A DNA stretch of 64,000 bases from assembly GCA_964582645.1 (NCBI GenBank), contig CAZOTB010000006.1, positions 1,972 through 65,971 on the forward strand. The letters run 5' to 3'. Under the pieces are notes generated by a model. That model did not search any database, was not told the origin of the DNA, and worked only from the letters and a program-made list of their open reading frames with translations. Each line of letters starts with the position of its first letter. Within the stretch, counting starts at the first letter, position 1. The translations under genes and the position numbers were made by a program. Positions 35,994 to 45,422 of the stretch are shown one piece after another. Source of the stretch: an uncultured Verrucomicrobiota bacterium (GTDB lineage: Bacteria; Verrucomicrobiota; Verrucomicrobiia; Palsa-1439; CAZOTB01).

Positions 35994-36269
35994 AGCTCTT
36001 CGTGTGACAACCGCTCAGTCTGCGGGTTCGATTTCGACCACCCGCACCTCCTTCGCGAGATGGTCTCTCCAAAATGTTATCAGGAATTCGTGGTGCAATT
36101 TGACATCCAATTCGCGTCCCGTGTCGTCCTTCTCCGTGAAATCACCGGCCACAGCCTGGCTCGCTTTGAGTGCATCGAGGAATTGAAAAAAGCTTGCGTC
36201 GTTTCACGCCTCGTATCGAGAGCAGGAACTGCAGCGCGTCCTCGTCAAGCACAAGCTTCCAAGCCCGAC

Positions 36270-36482
36270 TCATAGGCCCGCAGCCCGCAATTCCCTGTCG
36301 AGCCGCTTCGCAGTATCAAGGGTTACCTTCCCACCGGCATCCATTCGACGCATGCGCGCGCCGAGCTTGGCCTGGTGGGTCGGATCATCCATTCTTGCGA
36401 GATGCTTGAGGTACGCGCTCGCAAAAAGCCGATTCTCACCGCTCATCTTGTCAATGGACTTTCTGATTTGCGTCGTGCTCAT
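36270..36482 (-). CDS. hypothetical small protein (70 aa)
   Basis: Short ORF in the AT-richer tail of the island. Followed by another sub-60-aa ORF at about 36018-36131 with only a GTG start. Confidence 0.3.
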   Translation of the reverse strand: MSTTQIRKSIDKMSGENRLFASAYLKHLARMDDPTHQAKLGARMRRMDAGGKVTLDTAKRLDRELRAAGL

Positions 36483-36532
36483 TGCGGCTCATCATAGGCT
36501 ATCAGGGAACAACTGCAAGCGATTCATTACAA

Positions 36533-39355
36533 CTATGGCGCCAGAAACACATCCGCCGCGTCCACGTAAATCCGCGTGCCGGCAGGGATGACTTTCCGCC
36601 CCTCCTTTGCCGAGCCGAGGAAGTGCATATATCCCTTGGGTTCGCCCGTGGTGGCCGGACCGGTGCGCCAACTGAACGTCCGCCACGGTTCGACGTTGTT
36701 GATCGGTTCAAGCCAGCCCCATTGCTGCAAGGTGACGGCAGGAGCGCCCACGATCGAGTACACACCATCGCTTTGCGTGGTCGAACGGCGCAGCTCCGAC
36801 CAGCGAAAATCCGCGTCGGTGCAGAGGATGTTACACCGCGCGAACAGCCGGTCGCCAATGCCGGTGGGAAATCGGATTGTGACGTACACGGGCGGGGCCA
36901 CCGCCTGGGGGAGTTCGATCTGCACACATTTGCGTCCGTCCGTTCCGAATCCATCCACGATGGAAAACTTCGCAGCCTGTGCCTTCGGCGGTTCGGCGGG
37001 CGTCGAGAACTCGACGTGCGCGATGGCGTTGCTCACCACCTCGGTTTTCTCGAATGATGGATCCGGCAACAGCGGCGTCGGCCAGTATCGTTTCGCCGCG
37101 TCGGCGAACAGCGCTTTGCTCTGGATCGCGTCCTTGACGAGCGCCTGGAGGGCGGTCGCTTCCTTGACGGCCTCCTCCTCCTTGGTTGTCTTAAGGACCG
37201 CCTCGACGAGCCCTGCGGCCTTCTCGTACTCCTTCTTGAAATAGGCCGCGCGAATCTCAAGCAAGGTCGAACGCAGCGCATACCGTCCGGTCGGCTCGGC
37301 CTTGGTCAAGGTCTTGAGTTCGGCGAGCGCAGCGTCGGTGTCCTGGGTTGCGAGCAGCAACTGCGCGTTCAGATACACCACGTCGGGATTCAATCGGGCA
37401 TCGGGAAACTCGAACACGAGGCTGTCGAAACTGGTGCGAACCTTGTCGGCGAGCGCGGTGATCGTGTCCCGGCTTCCGATTTCCGAGTAGCCGCCGGGAT
37501 CGAACACCATCTTCGTCAACTCGCCCACGCCCTGCCGCAAGGTGCTGTAGAGCGACCCGCGACGGATGGCCTGTTCCCGTTCGGTGCGTCCGTCCCCCAC
37601 CTCGACCAGTTTGGCTTCGTCGTAGGCCTTGCGCGCAGAAGCGAGGTCGCCTTGCTGCAGGAACGCATCGCCGAGCGCGATTTGCGCCGAGCGTTCCAGT
37701 TTGGGATCGTCGCCACCCTTGTCCTTGATAATCTGGTTGAACGCCTCGATGGACTGCGGATACCGAGCCGCGCGCAACTGCAGCTTCCCGATTTCCAGAC
37801 GAACTCTCGTCCGCAACGTCCGCTGCTTCTCGAGCTTGGCGTCCATCTGTTGCAGTTCCGCCACCGCGGCGTCCCACTGCCCGAGGTCGGCTTTTGCGTC
37901 GGCGATCTTTTGTCGCGCGGAAAGCTCCACCGTCGTCGGAACCGTGCCCGACTTCGTGAGGTACAATGGCGCGAGCTTCAGGATCGTCTCGGCGCGCAGC
38001 TTGCGGTCAGAGATTTGTTCGGCGATGGCGATCAACGTCCACAACGTCCCCGGCTCGTACTGGCCGAGCATCGGCGTGACGAGGCGAATCATCTCCTGCG
38101 CGGCAACGGGGCTGACCGAGTTGGACATCGGGATTTTCTGCTTTGGCAACGCCGAGAAACTGGTGGCGAGCACCACCTTTTGAAACTTCGATGCGCCCGC
38201 GGTGAGCGTGACGGTGTAGCGGCCCGGCTTGACGTACACGTGCGCCGGGTTCGGTTCGGCGCTCGTCGTTCCGTCGCCGAAGTCCCACTGATACGTCACG
38301 CCCTCCGTTTTTCCGACCGTGCGGTTGTGAAACCGCACCATCACGACCGGCTGGTCCGCGCCGAGAAGCATGTCGGTTTGGAAATCGTTGAAGAATGCCG
38401 CGGTCGCCTGATCGCACAGCCTGTAGTCGCGCACCATGCTGCCGACGACCGATGGATGCCACACCGGCGCGACCGGCTTCGCGACGAGGTTTGCATAGTG
38501 GTACTCGGGCCATGGCACCAGCCACGAAATGCCCGTCACGCCGAACCCGGACACGCGCGCCTGGAGAATTTCCAGCGCCTGCGTGCCGCGCGGTAGCAGC
38601 ACGTCGGCGATGCTTGGCGTCTTGACGGTCACGTCGGCAGGAGTCGAGGCCACCGGCTGCCCGTTCACCGCCAGAAAACCATGATCTTTCGCAAAGAGGC
38701 CAACCTTGTACACGTCTTCACGCGGGGTCTGCCACGCACCCCATGTGCGCGACATGAACTGGTTCTCGGACTCGTCGAACGGGTTGCAGCGGGATTGGGT
38801 GTCGTCAAGGACCGCCACACCCATGCTGGTCGCGGCGGCGCTCCACAGTTTCCGCATCGAGTCCCACGTGCTCGAATCGCCATCGGGGCGTGCACGCGTC
38901 TCGTAGAAGAGGCCGCGACCGAAGTTGGTCGGTGCCACTCCGCTGGTGAGCGATCCGCCGAAGAACAGATGCGCCGTGTCCTCTCCCGGCGGGACAGAGA
39001 ACAAAACCATGCTCGCGTTGAGCGGGTGGGTGTAGATAATTTCGATGGGGCGCGCGTTGCCCTTGGAGTCCGTCACGCGGACGTTCTGCGAACCCGCAGC
39101 GAGGATGCCACCGGAAAAGAAGCGAACGGCACAGACCGCAACGTCGTTGGTGGGACGCTCGCCGGACATCTCCACCCGGTAGCGAGCGACCGCGCCGTCC
39201 GGCCAGGGGACGTCGCCCTGCGCGAGGATGGAGGATAGAGGATAGAGGATGGCCGGGATCAGCCAACGCGCATTCTTGATGGCGGATTCCATTCTCCATC
39301 TTCCATTCTCCATCCTCCCGCGCTTCACAGCACACCTCCCGGGGGCGAGGTGCAC
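36533..39355 (-). CDS. Secreted PKD-domain and TPR-repeat protein (940 aa)
   Basis: PKD signature WDFGDGTTSAEPNPAHVYVKPGRYTVTL, followed by TPR-like helical repeats and an N-terminal signal-like leader. Confidence 0.85.
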   Translation of the reverse strand: MHLAPGRCAVKRGRMENGRWRMESAIKNARWLIPAILYPLSSILAQGDVPWPDGAVARYRVEMSGERPTNDVAVCAVRFFSGGILAAGSQNVRVTDSKGNARPIEIIYTHPLNASMVLFSVPPGEDTAHLFFGGSLTSGVAPTNFGRGLFYETRARPDGDSSTWDSMRKLWSAAATSMGVAVLDDTQSRCNPFDESENQFMSRTWGAWQTPREDVYKVGLFAKDHGFLAVNGQPVASTPADVTVKTPSIADVLLPRGTQALEILQARVSGFGVTGISWLVPWPEYHYANLVAKPVAPVWHPSVVGSMVRDYRLCDQATAAFFNDFQTDMLLGADQPVVMVRFHNRTVGKTEGVTYQWDFGDGTTSAEPNPAHVYVKPGRYTVTLTAGASKFQKVVLATSFSALPKQKIPMSNSVSPVAAQEMIRLVTPMLGQYEPGTLWTLIAIAEQISDRKLRAETILKLAPLYLTKSGTVPTTVELSARQKIADAKADLGQWDAAVAELQQMDAKLEKQRTLRTRVRLEIGKLQLRAARYPQSIEAFNQIIKDKGGDDPKLERSAQIALGDAFLQQGDLASARKAYDEAKLVEVGDGRTEREQAIRRGSLYSTLRQGVGELTKMVFDPGGYSEIGSRDTITALADKVRTSFDSLVFEFPDARLNPDVVYLNAQLLLATQDTDAALAELKTLTKAEPTGRYALRSTLLEIRAAYFKKEYEKAAGLVEAVLKTTKEEEAVKEATALQALVKDAIQSKALFADAAKRYWPTPLLPDPSFEKTEVVSNAIAHVEFSTPAEPPKAQAAKFSIVDGFGTDGRKCVQIELPQAVAPPVYVTIRFPTGIGDRLFARCNILCTDADFRWSELRRSTTQSDGVYSIVGAPAVTLQQWGWLEPINNVEPWRTFSWRTGPATTGEPKGYMHFLGSAKEGRKVIPAGTRIYVDAADVFLAP

Positions 39356-40548
39356 GCGACATAAAGCACGCCGTTCTTTGCGACCACCATGTCGTTGATC
39401 ATGGTCGCCTTCAGGTCAAACCGCTGCGGCTCTCCCTTGGGGAGGCCGTCTGCATCGAGGGAGTAAATCGAGAGAAGCGACCGCGAGTTGGCGATGCAGA
39501 GACGGTCGTGGACATCGTCCACGCACGCGAGGCGAACCGGATCCACCTGTACGAACTGAGGCACGCTCGTGAGCCGACCCTCGCGCGTGAGTTGATAAAT
39601 CCCCATCTCCGAGCCGCGGGCATTCGGGACGTACAGCTTCCGATGGCGGACGCTGACCGGCGGGGCAGAATTGTACTTGCTCTGCGTCGCGATCGCCTGT
39701 GTGAAGGAGAGGGCACGGCCATCTTCGGTGAACGTAAACACGATCTTGGTGGTGCCGACGTCGCTTCCATAACAACGCCGCCATTCCGGCACGCGCCTCC
39801 ATTCCGAGAGTCTGATCGGGGTCTTCAACTGGAAATCGGATGGCTGCCGCCCCGATCTCTTCGGCCTGGGCGCGCCGCGGCGTGGAGGGGGCGCCGGTTG
39901 AGTCTTCAAGGTCTGAACCAACTCCTCGTCCGCAACCGGCCAGAGGCTCACCCACGCGTGGCTTTCGCCGAAATACAGGAATCGTCCCAGCGGGTCCACG
40001 AACAAGGAGCGAATCGCCAAGGTGCGTCGCGTTGCCCGGAGTCGCTGCAAGGGTTCATGGGGCATCCCTTCCTCGTCCAAGGCCAGCGCGGCAACGAAGG
40101 CAACGTTGGTATCCTGTCGAAAGGTGGCGAGCTTATCGGGCGTGGCATTGACGTAGAGCTGCGCCTGGGTCGGGTCCACCGCGATGTCGGTGATCGCGTA
40201 CTGGGAACCCGGCAAGGGAACTCCCTCGACGATCCCATCGGCGTGTTGCCGGCGGCTGTCGGAAATCAGTCTGCCTTCGCCGTCGAGTTGGAACGTCGTC
40301 AACGCCATGCCGTTCGTCCTACCGGCAAGACCGACGTAGAGCAGCGGTTTTGTCGGATGCAACTCCACTGAACGCGCGCCGAGGACGGGGACCGGGATGA
40401 CGTGGGGAGGGAGTTCCTGCGCAAGACACCGGGTGAGAATGGAGGAAAGAAGATAGAGGATGGCAAAGCAGCTTGCGCGGCGAACCAGCGCCCTCTTCCC
40501 TCGTCCATTTTCCATCTTGAATTCGTTCATGGCGCGGGAATGACACAC
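39325..40548 (-). CDS. Secreted lactonase-like 7-bladed beta-propeller family protein
   Basis: Signal-like leader ...CFAILYLLSSILTRCLAQ and beta-propeller-like repeats. Overlaps the downstream gene by 31 bp. Confidence 0.7.
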   Translation of the reverse strand: MCHSRAMNEFKMENGRGKRALVRRASCFAILYLLSSILTRCLAQELPPHVIPVPVLGARSVELHPTKPLLYVGLAGRTNGMALTTFQLDGEGRLISDSRRQHADGIVEGVPLPGSQYAITDIAVDPTQAQLYVNATPDKLATFRQDTNVAFVAALALDEEGMPHEPLQRLRATRRTLAIRSLFVDPLGRFLYFGESHAWVSLWPVADEELVQTLKTQPAPPPRRGAPRPKRSGRQPSDFQLKTPIRLSEWRRVPEWRRCYGSDVGTTKIVFTFTEDGRALSFTQAIATQSKYNSAPPVSVRHRKLYVPNARGSEMGIYQLTREGRLTSVPQFVQVDPVRLACVDDVHDRLCIANSRSLLSIYSLDADGLPKGEPQRFDLKATMINDMVVAKNGVLYVACTSPPGGVL

Positions 40549-41663
40549 CGAAAACCAATCGTCACCGAATGCGGCACCGGAGCGGGCTCAAGGGCAGCTT
40601 CGTCGGCATTCGAACGGCGCGCCCAGGCCCGTGATTGCACGAAACCGATGTAGCCCCAATGCCCGCCCTTGACGACGTGGAAGGCATTCGTGCCCGGCAA
40701 CACGGCTGGGACAACACTCGGAGCAGGAACAACATTCGTGGCCGCGACCACATTCGTAGCGGCAACGGGCGGCACATTCGTGCTTGGTTGCGGGGGCAAA
40801 ACCGTGACGGCCGTCCACTCATCCGCGGTCCATTCCGAGACGTTGCCGGCCAGGTCCATCACGGCGAACGTGCTGCGGTCGTTGGTGGTGGTGCCGCAGG
40901 GTCGCGTGGCCCGGTCGCCGCGCTCGGCGGTATTGGCGTTGTCGGGATTCCACTGCTCGCCCCATGGAAACGACCAGTTGTTCGTCCCGCGCGCAGCTCG
41001 TTCCCATTGCACCTCGGTGGGCAAGGCTTTGCCGGCCCACTTCGCGTACGCCATCGCGTCGTCCCACGTGACGCAGGTGACCGGATAATCCGCCGCATCA
41101 TAAATCGGATCGGCGCTGGTGAACCACGTGCCATTCGGCCACGTGAACGCCTGATAGAACCAGTGTGAGAACGCCGCCAGCGGCACGGGCGCGGCGTGTT
41201 TGGTGGCGTCCATGAATTTCTTGTAGCGGCGATTGCTGACTTCGAAGCGATCCATGAAGAAACCGTTCACGAAGATGTTGGTCGCAGGCAGCACGTACTT
41301 GAAAAGCTCTTTCCCGGCGACGCGCACGTGACTGGCGGAAAGGTCGGCGCCGCCGGCAGGTTTCACCCCGGTATTGATCAACCCGCCATCGGCACCGGGA
41401 AACGATCCGGGCGCGAGCCCGATGATGCATTCCCCGGGCGGCACAAAAACCATTTCGGCGCCGTCGGTTTGGGAGATGTAGAAATCGCCCTGAGCGACGA
41501 CGCCGGGAGGAAGCGTGGCCGGTTTCTGCGCGAGCGAAGGAAACGAGCACGACAGAAGCAAGCTGAAGCTGGCACTCCAAACGAGAGCCTGAAAAGCCGA
41601 TGTTTGGAGTACAAGCTTCAGCTTGCCGGCCCCGCTCGCTGTTGACCCGTCTCGCCGCCTCAT
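40527..41663 (-). CDS. Formylglycine-generating enzyme (FGE-sulfatase / SUMF1) family protein
   Basis: GNVSEWTADEW, KGGHWGY and IGFRCV signature motifs. The start is uncertain because hairpin copy 3 spans the N-terminal codons. Confidence 0.85.
   Translation of the reverse strand: MRRRDGSTASGAGKLKLVLQTSAFQALVWSASFSLLLSCSFPSLAQKPATLPPGVVAQGDFYISQTDGAEMVFVPPGECIIGLAPGSFPGADGGLINTGVKPAGGADLSASHVRVAGKELFKYVLPATNIFVNGFFMDRFEVSNRRYKKFMDATKHAAPVPLAAFSHWFYQAFTWPNGTWFTSADPIYDAADYPVTCVTWDDAMAYAKWAGKALPTEVQWERAARGTNNWSFPWGEQWNPDNANTAERGDRATRPCGTTTNDRSTFAVMDLAGNVSEWTADEWTAVTVLPPQPSTNVPPVAATNVVAATNVVPAPSVVPAVLPGTNAFHVVKGGHWGYIGFVQSRAWARRSNADEAALEPAPVPHSVTIGFRCVIPAP
41548..41616. repeat. Hairpin repeat element, copy 3 (arms gcaagctgaagctggcactccaaacg / tttggagtacaagcttcagcttgc, 19-nt loop)
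   Basis: Homologous to the elements at 5088 and 19917. The arms overlap the signal-peptide codons of the FGE-family gene. Confidence 0.9.
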
Positions 41664-44600
41664 TGATCTTCCGCCAATCGGCGATAGTAGCGCTTCAACG
41701 CTTCCTCATCACGCTTGGGAAACTCCTCCTGCCGCGGGTTGAGGACGAGTGGGTTGGCGCTCTTGCTCAAGCCAACGTCGAAATCGAACGCTGCGCCGGG
41801 CGCGATCTCGCGATACACCCGCTTGAGCTTGTCGAGCGCCTGCTCCTGCATGTGCCAGAGCTTCTCGCTCGGCCCCTTGCGGACTTCTTCTTCGATCTGC
41901 CGCATCAAATCCACCCCTTTGAACCAATCCGCCGACGGCGTGAACATCTGCTCGAATTGCTTCGTGACTTCCTCCGCGCGTTTCACCAGTTGCGCCTGAC
42001 GGTTCGCCAGGTCGCGTTTCAGTCCTTCCGCGCTCACGTCCATATCCTTCGAGCCCTTGCCTTCCTGGATGATGTCCGCCGAAGCAATGCCCGCGTACTG
42101 CGCGGCCTCGCTCGCTCGTGGCTTGCCGAGTTCGCCCTCGCCTTTCTCGTGGCCCGCGAGCTTTCCGCCCGTCGCCGTGGTCGGGTCGGCGCCGGGATCG
42201 CCCTCGACCTTTTCGTCCTGAACGAAGCCCTTCTGGTCCGGCGCGTTGAGTCCTTCGCCGGGCCGACCCTTCATGTCCTTGGCCTTGTCCATGCCGAGTT
42301 CACCGAAGGTCGGCCCCTGCCGTCCGCTGCGGGAACGGCCGCCGATGTTGAGCGACGCGGGCATTTTGTTGCCGGTCTTGCCGCGCATGGCATAATTGCC
42401 CATCGGCGCATCCATGTCGCCCACATCGCCGGTGTCTTTCATGTCGGTGTTCATCTCCATGAAACTCGTGATCATCTTTTCGCGCAGCCGTTCCTGCTGG
42501 TCAATCAGGTCGCCGATCAAGTCCTCCATCATCTCGGGCTTGGCGTCCTTCTTGATGTCCTTCGGGCCGCCGCGCGCGCCCTCGAACTGCGACCAATCCT
42601 GGTTGCGCGCCGAGTCCTTGCCGGGTGTGAGATGGTACTTCGACGGGTCCACTTCCTTCGGGTCGCGGTACTCCTGATAGCTGGCCGCCATCTTCTGTTG
42701 ATATTCGAGATTGTTCCAATCGGCGTTCTTGATCTCTGCTTTCGCCTGCTCGGCTTGCCGGGCGGCGTCCTGCAAGCGCTTCAGATACTTCGCAATCTCG
42801 TCCGCCGCCATCTCGTCGGCAAGGGGTCGCTCCGGCACGTTGGTTTGTTTGCTGGGCGCAGATTTCTTTTCCGTACCCTCCCTGGCAAGTCCCTCGGCGG
42901 TCTTGAGCGCCTTGTAAATCGACGCCTGCGCGTCCGAGCCAACCGGTGCCTTCTTCAACTCCTCCCGCAGACTCGAGGCGATGGACTCGGCGACCTTGGC
43001 GAGTTCGCTGCGGATCATCGCGAGCAGCGATTGGAGGCTGTCCACCGCGTGTGTCTCAGCTTGCAATGCCGGTGCCCATTGCTGCGCGCGCAACGACGCC
43101 TCGGCGGTCTGCATCACGGGCGGGATGTTTTTCGCTTTGAACGCCGTGTTGAGATCCATGAAGACTTTCGCCGCGGCGATCTTCTCCGCCGAGAGACGGG
43201 CGGTCGTGTCGTCGAGTCGTTTCTGCAAATCGGCGAGCCAGACGGACGCCTCTTTCTGCCGATCAGCCAACTTGGTCGTGCCTGCCGCGTCGGGCGCGGA
43301 GGCATTGGGCGGCGTCTTGGTAACGAGATCCTGTTCCACGGCAAGAATCTTCTCCAAGCCGGCCACGACCGTCTGGAGGGCAATCTCCGTTTCGAGATTG
43401 GAAGCTTGTTCAAGCAACCCTTTCAATGTGTCCAGAATCACGTTCTGCACCTGGAGACTCGCCTGCAGCTTTTCGCGTCGCTCGGTGAGTTCTGTGAGAC
43501 CCAAGCCCTGCGTCAGGTGATCGGCGGCCAGAACCATCTCGCGTTGGGTGAGTCCATCGAGCGCCTCGCGGATGCCGTTGAACACCCCCACCTCGATTCG
43601 CTTGCTCAAGTCGGTCGTCTTGACGCGGATTGTGATCTGGTTCGTTGCCGCGTTCTCGAAATGCTTCATGGTGAGCGTGGCGAAAGCGGCGTCGGACCAC
43701 TTGGTGATCTTGTCGGCCTCAAAATCGGGCGCGATGGTCTTGCAGATGTCCACGTTCGCCTGCTGCAACTGGATCAACTCCGTCAGCCCGCGCTTCAGCT
43801 CCGCGGCGGCGAGCAACTTCGCATCCACCAAATCGCGTGTGGCAACCAGGCGCACTCGCACCGGCTGGCTGCGCGACGGCTTGCGTTCCTTGTCAGGGTT
43901 GAAGTCAGTTGCTTCGGCCACGACCGTCCATGTCTCGCCGACCGCGCCGAGATCGGTGACGGCCACGGCGTGCGCTTGCTCCATGTTGTGCTGTGTCTTG
44001 CTGCCCGGCTGGGTCAGTAAGACCTTGGGGGCATCGGCCTCGTTCTTCCACGCGAGCAGGCGAACTTCGCGCAACCCGAAATCGTCCTCAGCCGTGAGCG
44101 TGAGCGATTGCGCCTGATCAGGAGTGACGGCGATGTCTTCCTTGGGTTTGAGTTCCACCGATGGCAGCCGGTCGGGTTGCACTTTGAAGTCGCGTTCGAT
44201 CGGGAGCGTATTCTTGAAACCACGGGTGTCCCGAAATGTGAGTTGGTAGGCGCCGCTTTGCTCGATTGGTCCTTCCCACTCAAAGGTGTCGGGACGACTC
44301 CCCTTCATCGTGACGCTCTTCGCAGCCGGCAGTGTGATCTCCGCCCGCGACAACGCCCTGTTCGCGCGCACGGTCAACCGTACCCGGCTGCCTTGCGGGG
44401 CAAGGACGTCGCCGTGACCTTCCTTCTCCGTTTTCTCGGGGAGACCCGTCCATTCGGGATACTGATAGCCGACGGTGATTCCCGCGATATCCGGGCCTTC
44501 GACAGCGCGAATGCGGAACCGCTCCGAGCGTGCGTCGCCCGCGCGAACGGAGTAGGTGATCGTCTGGCGCACATCGAGAAACGTGTGGGCGTACTTGTTC

Positions 44601-45370
44601 GGCGCGCTGGGAGAAAGATCGAGGTGTTGCCAATCGCCACCACGGGAGAAATGAAGGGTGACTTTGTCCGGCGTCTTTCCGCCCGTGGTGATCTGCACCT
44701 CGGCAACGCTGCCCATGGGGACTTCCATCGAGCCCGGCTTCACCTCGAGCGTGGTATCGGTGATTGGCTGGATGTTCGATAGCGGACGTGCGAGCCGGGC
44801 GGTCGCGTTGCTGAATTGCTTCGGGAACATCTTGGCGTAGCCGACGATCAGCACCGCGATCAACACAAAGGCCCCGAGCCATTGCGCGGCGCGCTTGATT
44901 GGCAGCGCCCGCTCCAGCGGTGGCCCTTTCTGGAGCGCATCGCTGTTTTCGGCGAGCGCTTTTTCGATCGCGTCTCCACGTTCCGTGCCGCCAAGTCTGC
45001 CCAGTTGCACCGAGTTGATGATGCGGTTCTGTCGGTCGCCGAGGCGGCCTTCGAGGTGGACCGCCACCGCTTCGTCGGTGTACGGCTGACGCAACGGCAC
45101 CACCACGCGCATGACGAAGAGCCAGATGGAAAAAGACACGAACACGACGAGCAAGAGCAGCCGCACGGCCCAGGGAAGATGCAGCCAGTTGTCGAGGGCA
45201 GCCGCGCCCAGGAAGATTCCAAACACGGCGGCGAGCGCGATGCCGAGCCCTTCGGCGAGGGTCAACAGCCGCCAGCGCTTCCGCAAGCGGCGGATGTGGG
45301 CGAGGAAATTGCCAATCGAATCAGGCTCTGAACTCATTCCGTGTAACAGAGTAAACGCTGCATTGGACAC
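41660..45370 (-). CDS. Large membrane-anchored coiled-coil protein (1236 aa), possibly DUF4175-like
   Basis: Two N-terminal TM helices. Long Ala/Glu/Lys/Gln-rich coiled-coil and low-complexity Gly/Asp/Lys segments. Continuous ORF with coherent codon usage. Confidence 0.8.
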   Translation of the reverse strand: MSNAAFTLLHGMSSEPDSIGNFLAHIRRLRKRWRLLTLAEGLGIALAAVFGIFLGAAALDNWLHLPWAVRLLLLVVFVSFSIWLFVMRVVVPLRQPYTDEAVAVHLEGRLGDRQNRIINSVQLGRLGGTERGDAIEKALAENSDALQKGPPLERALPIKRAAQWLGAFVLIAVLIVGYAKMFPKQFSNATARLARPLSNIQPITDTTLEVKPGSMEVPMGSVAEVQITTGGKTPDKVTLHFSRGGDWQHLDLSPSAPNKYAHTFLDVRQTITYSVRAGDARSERFRIRAVEGPDIAGITVGYQYPEWTGLPEKTEKEGHGDVLAPQGSRVRLTVRANRALSRAEITLPAAKSVTMKGSRPDTFEWEGPIEQSGAYQLTFRDTRGFKNTLPIERDFKVQPDRLPSVELKPKEDIAVTPDQAQSLTLTAEDDFGLREVRLLAWKNEADAPKVLLTQPGSKTQHNMEQAHAVAVTDLGAVGETWTVVAEATDFNPDKERKPSRSQPVRVRLVATRDLVDAKLLAAAELKRGLTELIQLQQANVDICKTIAPDFEADKITKWSDAAFATLTMKHFENAATNQITIRVKTTDLSKRIEVGVFNGIREALDGLTQREMVLAADHLTQGLGLTELTERREKLQASLQVQNVILDTLKGLLEQASNLETEIALQTVVAGLEKILAVEQDLVTKTPPNASAPDAAGTTKLADRQKEASVWLADLQKRLDDTTARLSAEKIAAAKVFMDLNTAFKAKNIPPVMQTAEASLRAQQWAPALQAETHAVDSLQSLLAMIRSELAKVAESIASSLREELKKAPVGSDAQASIYKALKTAEGLAREGTEKKSAPSKQTNVPERPLADEMAADEIAKYLKRLQDAARQAEQAKAEIKNADWNNLEYQQKMAASYQEYRDPKEVDPSKYHLTPGKDSARNQDWSQFEGARGGPKDIKKDAKPEMMEDLIGDLIDQQERLREKMITSFMEMNTDMKDTGDVGDMDAPMGNYAMRGKTGNKMPASLNIGGRSRSGRQGPTFGELGMDKAKDMKGRPGEGLNAPDQKGFVQDEKVEGDPGADPTTATGGKLAGHEKGEGELGKPRASEAAQYAGIASADIIQEGKGSKDMDVSAEGLKRDLANRQAQLVKRAEEVTKQFEQMFTPSADWFKGVDLMRQIEEEVRKGPSEKLWHMQEQALDKLKRVYREIAPGAAFDFDVGLSKSANPLVLNPRQEEFPKRDEEALKRYYRRLAEDQ

Positions 45371-45422
45371 TACAGGCTGAGGTTTTGTTGCACAAGATTG
45401 CAGCGCAAACTAGGTTTCGATC

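Noticed and set aside
41600-44020. 806-aa plus-strand ORF
   Set aside because: Antisense of the 1236-aa membrane/coiled-coil gene. It is Leu/Arg-rich from GAG/CTC-rich complementary codons.
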